In this document: positions 47,379 through 58,196 of the stretch, piece after piece | Layout of the letters: the number at the start of each line of letters is the position of its first letter | How positions within the stretch are numbered: the stretch's first letter is position 1 | Assembly (NCBI RefSeq): GCF_038025025.1 | Contig: NW_027117338.1 | Span: 124,001 to 188,000, forward strand | Direction of reading: 5' to 3' | Origin: Phyllosticta citribraziliensis | Lineage: Eukaryota | Length of the DNA: 64,000 nucleotides | Notes under the pieces: generated by a model | Told to the model about the DNA's origin: nothing | The model's input: only the letters and a program-made list of their open reading frames with translations | Database searches by the model: none | Program-made: the position numbers and the translations under genes

Positions 47379-49402
47379 ATGGCCTTGATGCGGAAAATGC
47401 GTTGTTTGACATTGCTGCTTTTTGCAGGGTTCGCCTCGAGCTTCATCCCTTCGCAGCCACTGGCGGCGAGGCAAATACCGGCGAGTCCCAACAATTTCAA
47501 GACGATTGTCTCGCCTTCTGGTGTGACGATTCGGTACAAAGAGCCAGGGAAAGAAGGCATCTGTGAGACGACGCCAGGAGTGAAATCGTACGTTATTCCC
47601 ACCACAAACTAGAGTATTTTCTGAAAAATGAAAGGTATTCAGGATACATTGACCTGTCACCGACGTCGCACTCATTCTTCTGGTTTTTTGAGTCGAGGAG
47701 AGACCCCGCGAACGACCAAATCACCTTGTGGTATGCTTGAGTGGTCAGTGTTTGAACGCTCTCACTAATTGCTCAAAGGCTGAATGGTGGCCCCGGATCC
47801 GATGCACTGATTGGCCTCTTTTCAGGCAAGTCGACGCAAAAAGCAAACCGCGGAGCTGAAATCTAACAGCCCCAGAACTCGGTCCTTGCAATGTGACCAA
47901 GGACAATCGGACTCTTTTGAATCCGTACGGCTGGAACGAAGTGTCAAACCTGCTCTTCATTTCGCAGCCTATTGGCGTGGGCTTCTCGTATGCTGAGCAG
48001 GCTCCTGGATCGCTCCAGAATGAGACTGGGGAGTACTTGAATGCCAGCCGGGCTCCCGTCGAAGGAACGTACCCCGTGACTGGCCCAGACCTTGTCGATA
48101 CGTCTGACCTGGCGGCTGCTTCTGCATGGCATGTGCTGCAGGGTTTTTACAGCGCGTTGCCGCAGCTGGCCTCGACCGTCAAGTCCAAGGAGTTTAATCT
48201 TTGGACGGAAAGGTACGGGTGACTTGGAACGGATTTCTTCAGACATTACTGACCATGATCTAGTTATGGCGGCCACTATGGCCCATCTTTCTTCCAATAC
48301 TTCCTCGAACACAACCGCAAAATAGCCAATGGACAAGAAAACGGCATCCAACTGAACCTCAACACGCTGGGCATCGGCAACGGCATCATCGACGAGCTAA
48401 TCCAAGTCCCCTACTACCCGGAATTCGCCGTCAACAACACGTACGGCATCAAAGGCATCAACGATACGGTATACAGCTTCGCCAAATTCGCGCTGAACCG
48501 CAAAGGCGGGTGCCTAGACCAGCTGCACAACTGCCGCAAGACGAACCTGACGTCGCCAACGGAGCGCGCCATCTGCGTGCAGGCCAGCAACATGTGCCGC
48601 GACAACGTCGAGGGCCCCTACGAGGCCCTCAGCGACCGCGGCACGTACGACATCCGCGAAAACGCAAACAACACGGTGCCGCCCGAGTACTGGAAGGCGT
48701 GGCTCAACCGCGCCGAGGTGCAGAACGCGCTCGGCGTCGCGGCGAACTATTCGAGCGGCAGCTCTGAGATTTACTACGCCTTTCAGATGTCGGGCGATTT
48801 TGTCTATCCCTCGTTTGTCAAGGACTTGGAGATGCTGCTTGAGAATGGTGTTCGCGTCGCGCTGTACTATGGCGACGCGGACTATATTTGCAACTGGTTT
48901 GGCGGCGAGTAAGTCTGTCTTATCCGTGTTGCATCCATCCATTTACTCGTCGCATCTATTCATACGCACTATCAACGGCCCAACCGCGCGCCGCCGCGCT
49001 CTCCGCCCCTCTCTTCCTCTCTAACAAAGCACCACCAACCGCAGAGCGGTCTCCCTCGCCGTCAACTACACGCACGCCGCGCAATTCCGCGCCGCCGGCT
49101 ACGCGCCCTTCGTCGTCGACAACACCGAATACGGCGCCGTGCGCCAGTACGGCAACTTCTCCTTCCTGCGCATCTACGACGCGGGCCACCTGGTCCCGTA
49201 CTACCAGCCGCGGGCGTCGCTCGAGATGTTCCGCCGCTCTATCGAGGGCCTGGATGTGGCGACGGGCATTCAGATGGCGGTTGCGGATTTTGGGTCCAAG
49301 GGTTCGCCGAATTCCACGCGCACCGAGCCGTTTGTCCCGCTGCCTAAGGAGACGGGGGAGGATGGGGGGCCGCCGGCGGCGGTGGGAGGCCGTCGTCGTT
49401 AG
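47379..49402 (+). CDS. Secreted serine carboxypeptidase (S10, carboxypeptidase S1-like); exons 47379-47587, 47635-47730, 47779-47825, 47876-48212, 48264-48908, 49045-49402
   Basis: [19 protein letters not shown], and the catalytic triad TESYGG / GDADYICN / AGHLVP. Signal peptide. Five introns, one of them GC-AG. Confidence 0.93.
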
Positions 49403-49700
49403 TTGTTGAGAGTTGGGGTGGTGGTGGTGGTGGTGGTGCTGTTGCTGTTTTTGGTAGATGGCCATGAGAGAGGGTCGTAGAGGGGGGCCATCGTCGTAGA
49501 CCCGGCAGTCGACTTGCGGTTACTGCTGCTTGTCCCAACATCAACCTTTGCGGCAGCAAATGACGAGATACGCGACGACGACTGCGACGACGGGAACAAT
49601 GGCCCCGATGGTCCACCATGACGCTTGGATCCCGGCTTCTTGACGAAGGCGTCGTCTTCGGTGGCACGCACTACTGTTGTTGTTCATCCCGCAGCTGCTC

Positions 49701-50219
49701 TTATTCCTCCTGCTCTTCTCGCCCCTGCATCATCCGCCGCCGCTGCTCCTCGCGTCGCTGATCCTCTAGCTCGAGACTTTCCATGTGCCGGACCATCATT
49801 TCTATGTAACCGTTGTCGTGAAGCTGGCGCCACTCTTCCGCGTCGCTATCGTCCTCGCCGTCTGCCTCGTCTTCTTCCTCTTCCTTCTCCTCGTCTTCCT
49901 CCTCAGCGAGCATCATGACATCGACCGACAAGTACTGCTCGAGCAACTTCCCGCGGCAGGCGTGCTCAGCGTTGCACGAGGAGCGGCACCCATAGCTAGG
50001 AGCAGGAGCAGGATCCCGAGGTTCGTCGTCTGTGGTGGTAGCGGCGGCGACCGAGCGGGTCGGGGTTGAGCCGTCGTAGTAGACGGGCGGGTCTTGGATC
50101 GCGTCTTCATATTCGGGGGGCGTGATGTCGCCCTCGCGGTGGTAGCGCACTACCTTCTCGCTGGTGGCCGCCGGCGGCGCAGACTTCTGAGCTCGTGTCT
50201 GACACGTGTGGACGGACAT
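49701..50219 (-). CDS. Hypothetical 172-aa acidic/coiled-coil protein with PPxY motifs; possibly a truncated tail-anchored protein or a pseudogene
   Basis: ACAATG start at 50219, PPEY and PPVY motifs, E/D tract, then EQRR coiled coil. Coding-like sequence continues past the stop (see findings). Confidence 0.55.
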   Translation of the reverse strand: MSVHTCQTRAQKSAPPAATSEKVVRYHREGDITPPEYEDAIQDPPVYYDGSTPTRSVAAATTTDDEPRDPAPAPSYGCRSSCNAEHACRGKLLEQYLSVDVMMLAEEEDEEKEEEEDEADGEDDSDAEEWRQLHDNGYIEMMVRHMESLELEDQRREEQRRRMMQGREEQEE

Positions 50220-50925
50220 TGTGAGCGTGCAGGTATGCAGAGTTGTGGAAACAAGGAGGCGGTCCGGTGTGTTTGCGGTGTAGTGGTGGGAGGAGGGAGA
50301 GAAGAGAGCGAGCGAGCGAGCGGGGCGAGCTAGAGAAACCATTTTAAACCTAAGGCGCCCGTTTTGGAGAAACTGTTCTCTTTCCACTGCGAAACCAACG
50401 GAATGGCGTCCATGGGAGAATGCAGAGTGAACCATGGATCCATGAGGAAAGGCAACCAAACAAATCATGCAAGTCGTCTTGTGAGCGTTCAAAATGAAAG
50501 GGTTTCAAGTGTTGTGGTCCAACTTCTCCAATGGAACAAATTCTCGTGTTCTGAGAGGGCATTGTGAAGGTCGTAGTATTGGTGAATTGCGGCGCGATGG
50601 ACCCCGAAAAGTGCACCAAAAAATGATAAGACAACACGTTTGCCTACCAATTCCTACGCAATGGCGACTCAACTAGCTGAGCGCAGCGCAGCAGACGGTT
50701 TCCTCTAGAGTAGACTGTTTCAATAGAGCCGTGTGAGGCACGAAATTAGGGTGTGCGAGATGAATACAAAAACACCTTCCCAGACGCACTGATTTTGTCG
50801 TTTCATGTTTTTGATGCAGCTCTGAAAGATTGCTGAAAGACAAAGGTTGTGCTGAAATTCCCGTGTCTTCAAATTCCATCCCTCTGATCACAATTCCAGA
50901 TTTCAACGGGTCGAGCACGGTTGTC

Positions 50926-52053
50926 ATGCCCAAGGGTCTGTCGAAGTTGTCTACAGCCTCGTTTGGCAGAGCCAGGTCCCGCAGACGAACCGACGAGGAC
51001 GGCCCGCGTCCATTGCCTGAATATCACGTTTGGGATACGGAGCTAGAACAGAACGTCAACGGTGAGGCCCCAGAATTGGGAGAAGGGGTCGAAGGAGTCG
51101 AAGGAGAAAGAGTGGTTGACAGAGAAGGAGAGGTCGAAGGAGAAAGAAGGGTTGACGGAGAAGGAGAGGTAAACAGAGAAGGAGAGGTTGACGGAGAAAA
51201 GGAGGCCGAGGGAGAAAAGAAGAAAGCCGACACAGAAGAAGACTCCTCTGTCAATCGGGTAGACTCCACCAAAGTAGCCAAGGATGAGCGCACAGCCAGC
51301 GAACAAGAAGTAGGGGCGCCGGGGTCCCCGCAGCCTAGTGCCCTGGCTGAAGCAGAGAAGGAGCCCGCCCTGCCGCGTGCTCTCTCGCCCCAACAAGGGA
51401 TCCGTTGGCCCAGGACCTTGGATGAACCAGAGACCGCAACAGCCTCGCCACGTGCTCTTACGCCCGCACAAGGGACGAATCAGCCCTGTTCCTCGAGTAG
51501 GTCTCCCTCGACTGGAGCAGAGAACAAAAGAGTCCCACCGCATTGTCTCCCACCCCGGCGAGTACCACCTCTTGTTCGAAGGACAGGATCACCCACGCCT
51601 TCTGGAAGTTCCATCCAATTGGATCGTAACAGGAGCAGACGTCTTCAGCGTGTGGAGAGACCGGGGAACATACCAGTTCACTGTGTGGTCACCGAAAGGC
51701 CTAAATTCAGTCGGGAGCGCGGCGTTTTGAATTTTCTTCGAGAGTTCTTCCAGTGGGGAAAAGGGCGGTTCTACCAGAAGATAAATGTTAGCGGCCACAA
51801 GAATCATCAGGACCCCTCCCCAGCATCAAGCTGGAAGAAGATCAAACTACTGAGAAGATCGGCAAAGACTCCCGGGGGTGAAGAAGGTCCGGCCCAGCCA
51901 CGCTCCGGCTCTCATCCCCTTAAGAAGTTATGGCGGACTCGGAGCGTGAGAAGATCGGCAAAGCCCCCCGGTGAAGAGGTTCCGGCCCAGCCACGTTCCG
52001 GCTACCATCGCCTTAAGAAGTTATGGCGGACTCGGAGCGCTGAGAAAACTTGA
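50926..52053 (+). CDS. Hypothetical repeat-rich protein (375 aa) with acidic EGEV repeats and a duplicated basic C-terminal module
   Basis: Uninterrupted ORF from ATG 50926. Internal repeats keep frame. No known domain. Confidence 0.5.
   Translation: MPKGLSKLSTASFGRARSRRRTDEDGPRPLPEYHVWDTELEQNVNGEAPELGEGVEGVEGERVVDREGEVEGERRVDGEGEVNREGEVDGEKEAEGEKKKADTEEDSSVNRVDSTKVAKDERTASEQEVGAPGSPQPSALAEAEKEPALPRALSPQQGIRWPRTLDEPETATASPRALTPAQGTNQPCSSSRSPSTGAENKRVPPHCLPPRRVPPLVRRTGSPTPSGSSIQLDRNRSRRLQRVERPGNIPVHCVVTERPKFSRERGVLNFLREFFQWGKGRFYQKINVSGHKNHQDPSPASSWKKIKLLRRSAKTPGGEEGPAQPRSGSHPLKKLWRTRSVRRSAKPPGEEVPAQPRSGYHRLKKLWRTRSAEKT
51851..52039 (+). repeat. Tandem duplication of 96 nt and 93 nt inside ORF 50926-52053
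   Basis: Units start at 51851 and 51947 (TGAGAAGATCGGCAAAG...TTAAGAAGTTATGGCGGACTCGGAGCG). Confidence 0.9.
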
Positions 52054-52156
52054 GCGATTTGGGGGAGATCGACTTGCTGCATGTTCCCAAGGGTAAGATG
52101 GATGTTGAGAGATGTGACGTGGAAAGTTTCAAATCGTTGGATATAGTACAGCGAAT

Positions 52157-52986
52157 CTAAGGCGGTGGTGAGGCAGTCAACCGTTCTGCTGTCTGCTCAA
52201 GGGGTAGCTTCTTCCTCGGCCTCATCAAATCTTCCTTTGTGACACCGTTGGTCAACTTCGTGATGCCCATGACAGCCGGGTCACCCTTCCTGACAAACTC
52301 GTATTGGCCTTGGAAATGTTAGCACTTCAGGAAACATTGACAAGATGAGGACCTTACCGGGCAGCTTGTTACCCGCCAGCCGAAATGCGTCCCTTACCAC
52401 CTGCTCGTGGACGTCGCCCTTCAACTCGAAAACGAGATGGTTCACAGCCACTCTGGTAGCCCAAAATTTGAAGCTACCCTTTCCTTTTCCCATACGCTGC
52501 TCGTTGCCACTCATGTAAACACCAATGTTTGCTGTTACCCGCATGTACAGGCGAAACTTCATGCCCCTCAATCGTTTGCGGATGGTTTCCTCGGCGATTC
52601 TGAGGTTCTTGGCAGGAATACGGCGCTGAGTGTCAATCATGCGCAGGCCATATTCACCCCATGCGACTGTCGTGCCTACGGTGCTGCCGCCGGTGCGCAC
52701 GCGCGGACGTCCTTTGCGGTCCTTTTTGCTGTGACCGGCTTTGGGAAATAGCCAATTCTGCTGGGGAGAGGTGGTACTGAATGACTTGGAGGCGAGGGCG
52801 GCGGGAAGGATTCGAGAAGTTAGAGCGGAGAGTTGCGGCGTGCAGCGGAGGTTTTGGACTGATGATGGAGTTAGTTGGGAGAATCAGGGCGCGCCGGATC
52901 GACTTGCGGCAAGACGTTTGGGAGGAAGCAAAGAGGCTTCTCCGCAGAGGAGCCCCCAAGCTGGACAACAATCTTGGAGGCGGCAT
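52157..52986 (-). CDS. MRPL16: Mitochondrial ribosomal protein uL16m; exons 52986-52908, 52858-52358, 52308-52157
   Basis: Motifs KGRPRVRTGGS..WGEYGLR, RMGKGKG, AFRLAGNKLPG. Basic presequence. The first intron needs a GC donor. Confidence 0.92.
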
Positions 52987-53256
52987 GGCTGTCGCTGATG
53001 ATGCGGAGCAGCAGCGGAGGGCATCGAGGTCAAGGTCGGAGCGTCGTGAAATCGTCGGCGCGGAACAATTGTCGGAATTGATTGACTCCAGCAGCATGGT
53101 CCGTGCGTTGCTTCGACGCGCGCGACATGATCCAAGTCGCGTCGCCTCAGTCCGACTCGCTGCTCCCGCCCCTCGACATCGCCGCCACGGCAACCCCAGC
53201 AACAACTCTCCATCGACTCGCACTGCTCAGTACTGTCGAATTGACGTTGTGCAGTT
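52987..53256. promoter_or_regulatory. Bidirectional promoter MRPL16/RFC1 with MCB-like CGCG cores
   Basis: 270 bp between divergent ATGs. ACGCGCGCGA at about 53116 and TCGCGT at about 53137. Confidence 0.4.
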
Positions 53257-56200
53257 ATGCCGCCCGACATCAGGAGCTTCTTTGGCGGCAAACCCGCCCA
53301 GAAGCCAGAGCCAGCCGAAGAGGAGGTACGTGACTGCCTTGGTCGCTATTCCTTCCACAATCAGTAGCAGCCACCTTTGGACTCCGACGCCTCTTCCTCT
53401 TCCTCTCTCTTCCTCAACCTTGACAACAACACCTCACCCAACTCAAAATGGCTAACACGCGACAATCGCAGAAGCCTGCCAAGAAAAGAGGAAGGCCTGC
53501 TCGAAAGGTCGTCGTGGACTCGGACGACGACGAAGAAATGTATGACGCTCATGCTTCGGTGAGGCACTTTATACTAACGCGGTTGCAGAACGAAGAAACC
53601 ATCCCCGAAGAAGCCTGCACCAAAGAAGCAAGTGTAAGCTTCACTTTGCCCGTTGGCTGCGCGGTCAATGCTAATCTGTGCTACAGGAAGCGTGAACCGT
53701 CGCCCGAGGGCGAAGCCACGACAGCGAGTGCATTCTTCGGCGACAAGAAGCCAACCCGCTCTGCACCGAGCAAGGCGGCGAAAGCTACAGTGAAGACCGA
53801 GACTCCCCAGTCCTCCCCATCCAAGACTAATGGCGCTGCGTCCAAGGCCTCTGTCACACCAACACGCTCATCTGCTCGCAAGAAACAACCTGCGACGTAT
53901 GTGGAGACGAAGAATGAGGACGAAGACTTTTTCGACGGCCATGATGGAGGCGACGACATCTTCACCGACAATTTTCGGAACACCAGGAAGAAGGACGACT
54001 ACGATGAAGGAAGCGAAGAGGAAGAGCTGCCCAAACCCAAGGTGACGAATGCCAAGAGTCGCTCGAAGAAGGTCAAAGACGAAGAATTTGAGCCAGAGGA
54101 GGACGAGGATATGAAGGATGCGGCTGATGATGATTTCGTCGCTCCCGATGACGACGACGACTTCGTTGAGAAAAAGAGCACCAAAAAGCCAGCCGCCAGA
54201 GCAGGGAGGAAGCGCAAGTCGACAGAAACGGAAGATGAGGATGATATGGAAGTCGAGCCTCCGAAAAAAGCCAGAGGACGCCCCGCTGCATCCAAGGCCT
54301 CTCCTGCAAAGAAGCGGGCCAAGAAGGACAAAAAGGACGAACCCGAGAATTCTGCGATGCAAGACATCTTTGACAGCATTCCCACCGTTCGCCCTCCGAC
54401 CCCACCACCAAAATCGGGAGAGACCAAGAAATTCGACTTCAAGGCCGGACAGGCCAACTCTGGACCAGCCCCTCAGGCCGGGGCTGTCGAGGTTCCCGAA
54501 GGAAAGCCAAACTGCCTCGCTGGCCTGACCTTTGTGTTTACCGGATTGCTCCAATACCTTGACCGCGAATCTGCTCAGGCACTGGTCAAACGTTACGGAG
54601 GAAAGGTCACGAGCGGACCGAGCGGCAAAACCAGCTACGTGGTGTTGGGTGCCGAAGCCGGACCCAGCAAGTTGGAAAAGATCAGAAAGTTTGGTCTCAA
54701 GACAATCAACGAAGACGGTCTCTTTGCGCTCATTGAGAAATTGCCGGCGAATGGTGGTGACAGCAAAGCGGCTGCAGCTTATGAAGAGAAGCAGGCGGCC
54801 GAAGAGAAAAAGATCAAGGAGGCGGCCCAAGAAATGGAGCGAGAGGAGCAACGCGCTCGCGCTGCTGCCGCCGCCAAAGCATCCAGTGCAAGTCGCCCAC
54901 AATCCGACAAAGGCCCCGCGAGCAGTGCACCCAGTTCACAGCTCAAGGGCTCGCAAAAGCAGAGCTCACAGCCACAGAGCTCTCAGTCTGGTCCCGACAG
55001 CCGTTTGTGGACAGTCAAGTATGCACCGACCCAGGCGACTCAAATTTGCGGCAACAAGGGGGCCGTTGAGAAGTTACAAAGGTGGCTCCGCAACTTTCCC
55101 AAGTCGCAACAGAAGGGCTTCAAGCTTTCAGGACCAGATGGCAGCGGTGTGTTTCGCGCAGTAATGATCCACGGACCTCCAGGTATCGGAAAGACGACTG
55201 CAGCGCACTTGATTGCCAAGCTTGAAGGCTACGATATTGTCGAAACCAATGCCAGTGATACTCGCAGCAAAAAGCTCGTCGAACAAGGCCTTAAGGGCGT
55301 GCTTGAGACAACTTCGCTGCTCGGCTACTTTGCCGGAGATGGAAAAAAGGTGGAGGGTTCGAAGAAGAAACTGGTCCTGATCATGGATGAAGTCGACGGC
55401 ATGTCAGCAGGTGACCGAGGTGGCGTCGGAGCTTTGGCTGCAGTCTGCCAGAAGTCACAGATTCCTTTGATTCTCATCTGCAACGACCGCCGTCTACCCA
55501 AAATGAAACCATTTGATTTCAAAGTGTTCGATTTACCATTCAGGAGGCCGACCACGGATCAGATCAGGTCTCGCGTCATGACCATTGCGTATCGCGAGAA
55601 CCTCAAGATGCCCCCAAACGTCATCAACGCTCTGATTGAAGGAACTGGTGCGGATATCCGCCAGGTCGTCAACATGATATCGACAGCCAAGCTTGACGAG
55701 GCCACCATCGACTATGACCGAGGTAAAGAGATGTCCAAGGCCTGGGAGAAACACATTATTCTGAAGCCGTGGGACATTGTTCAAAAGATCCTTGGTGGTG
55801 GTATGTTTGCCGAAAGCAGCAAATCCACGCTCAACGACAAGACTGAGCTCTACTTTAACGACCACGAGCTTTCGTACCTCATGCTCCAGGAAAACTACCT
55901 TGGCTCGAATCCAATTCGTGCACAACAGTACCATGGTAAAGAGAAAAACCTCAAGATGCTCGAACTCGTCGACAATGCCGCCGAAAGCATCAGTGACGGT
56001 GATCTTGTGGACCGCATGATCCACGGCTCGCAGCAGCACTGGTCTCTTATGCCAACGCACGCCGTGTTTAGTTTCGTCCGTCCGGCTTCATTCATCGCGG
56101 GCAGCATGGCCGGACACAAGACGGCATTCCCGTCATGGCTCGGCAAGAACAGCAACCAAGGAAAACTCATGCGCATGATCAAGGAGATCCAAGGACATAT

Positions 56201-56797
56201 GCGCCTGCGCACTTCGGCCGATCGTAACCAGATTCGCCAGCAGTACGTCCCTGTCCTGTGGCAAGAACTGGTCAAGAAGCTGGAGCAAGAAGGCAAGGAG
56301 GCTGTTCCTGAGATTATCGAGTTGATGGACAGCTACTTCTTGACCAAGGATGATTGGGACGCGATTGCAGAACTTGGAGTCGGGCCCATGGATTACGAGA
56401 AGATCAAGATTGAAACTCAAGCCAAGTCGACTTTCACTCGACTGTAAGTGTCCGATGGTCACCCCAGATTTCCCTTCTAACAGTTTGCAGGTACAACCAG
56501 CAATCGCACCCGCTGCCTTTTATGAAGGCTTCGACTGTCGTCGCGCCCAAGGGCCGCTCCAAGGCCGACAAACCTGATCTCGAAGAAGCCATGGAAGACT
56601 CGGATGCCGGTGAGGTCCTTGACGATGCAGACAAGGCCGAAGACGAGGATGTCGACCTCAGCAAGGACAAGTACATCAAGGCACCCAAGAAGAAGGCTGC
56701 ACCCAAGAAGACGGCGGCCAAGAAGAAGAAGGCAGCTGATGACGACGATGATGACGAGAAGCCCAAGAAGAAGGGCAAGGGAAGAGCCAAAAAGTAG
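53257..56797 (+). CDS. RFC1: Replication factor C large subunit; exons 53257-53325, 53472-53539, 53589-53633, 53687-56443, 56491-56797
   Basis: N-terminal MPPDIRSFF motif, BRCT domain (CLAGLTFVFTG), LWTVKYAP, Walker A GPPGIGKT, Walker B DEVDGM, RFC1 C-terminal domain. Confidence 0.95.
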
Positions 56798-57227
56798 GGT
56801 TGACTGTTTGAGAGCATGGCGGTAAAAGTTTAAGAGGCGGTTCGTCCTGTTTGCTTCTGGTATTCATCGGATTCACTTGCTAGGGGGTTTATTTGCGAGG
56901 TCCTGGACCACGAGCGCGTGACAGATTTTGAGATTATTGCTCGCTCAGCATGTTCGGGTTGCATGGGATATGAAGCGGCGCGAAAGGGTACAAATACGAT
57001 TGCAGATTACAAAATTCTCGGCCGTCTTTGTGATTGAGAGGATCGCCATCATCACTTATTGTGTGATTGTTTTGTTAGGATATCGCTTCCTTACTACCTG
57101 CAGTTGTCGCCGCAAACGATTCTCTTGCTTTAACTATCGGCTCTGAAAACCGGGATATCAACAAACGCCACCTCTTGAGAAACTGCCCAATGGTTGTACA
57201 CGAATTTTTGATTTCACTTCCTCCGCA

Positions 57228-58196
57228 CTACTCAACATAATCCAAACTGCCCTTGCCGACAGTGGCCGCCGTAGCCTCAGGACCCTTTTGCTGGCGCAGC
57301 TTCTCCTCAAACTTGGCAAACTCGGCCATGGCGACCTCCTCCTCCTGGTCCATGACCTGCTGGACGCCCTTGACGTCCTCGATATAGTGCATGAGCATGC
57401 TCTCGATGCCGTTCTTGAGGGTGACGGTGCTCGAGTCGCAGGTACGACAGGCACCGCGCAGCTTGAGCAGGACCTGGCCGTCGACGAAGCCGCGGAAATC
57501 GATGTCGCCGCCGTCCTCCTGGATGGCGGGGCGAATGCGGGTCTCGAGCAGCTCCTTGATCATGCCGACGACCTCGTCGTCGTCCTCGTTGTAGGCGAGG
57601 GTGTCGGGCTCGCCGCCGCCCTCCTGGCCGTCAGCGCCGGTAGCCTTGCCCTCGGCCACCTTAACCATGGGCTGCCCCGTGGCCACGTGCTCGCTCAGCA
57701 GGCTGAAGACCTCGGGCTTGATGTGCGCCCACGGCACCGTGCTGTCCTTTGTCACGGTGATGTAGTCGATGCCGAAGAAGACGGACGTGATGCCGTCGAC
57801 CTGCAGCAGCTTGGCGGCCAGCGGCGACGGGTACGGCGGCGAGATGGTCGACCGCGCGTTCATGTATTCGATGAAGGGCGAGTTGAAGCCTTCCGGCAGC
57901 ACTCGCGTGTTGGGCCGGAACTTGAGCGCGTCCGGGTTGGGCGTGTTTTCCGTCTGGATGAACATTGTTCGCCGGCTCTCGCCGGGCCCGAAGCGTGCGG
58001 CGCCATGGCGCATGTGTGTGGGTTGGGAGGTGGGCCGCCGCGGCGTCGATGTGAGGGGTGCGGAGGATGAGGCGTGGTGGAGCTGCCGTTGTGCTGGTTG
58101 CGCCGCGGCGAGCTGCACTCGCCGTGCGGCCGTGGCGGTTGGCCGAGCGCGAGAGAGGACTCGAATCGCTGTCCTTGGTACTGCGATGTTTGACAT
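57228..58196 (-). CDS. NFU1: Mitochondrial NifU-like Fe-S cluster carrier
   Basis: Arg-rich presequence, MFIQTENTPNPDALKF, IRPAIQEDGGDI, GACRTC (CxxC). Confidence 0.94.
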   Translation of the reverse strand: MSNIAVPRTAIRVLSRARPTATAARRVQLAAAQPAQRQLHHASSSAPLTSTPRRPTSQPTHMRHGAARFGPGESRRTMFIQTENTPNPDALKFRPNTRVLPEGFNSPFIEYMNARSTISPPYPSPLAAKLLQVDGITSVFFGIDYITVTKDSTVPWAHIKPEVFSLLSEHVATGQPMVKVAEGKATGADGQEGGGEPDTLAYNEDDDEVVGMIKELLETRIRPAIQEDGGDIDFRGFVDGQVLLKLRGACRTCDSSTVTLKNGIESMLMHYIEDVKGVQQVMDQEEEVAMAEFAKFEEKLRQQKGPEATAATVGKGSLDYVE

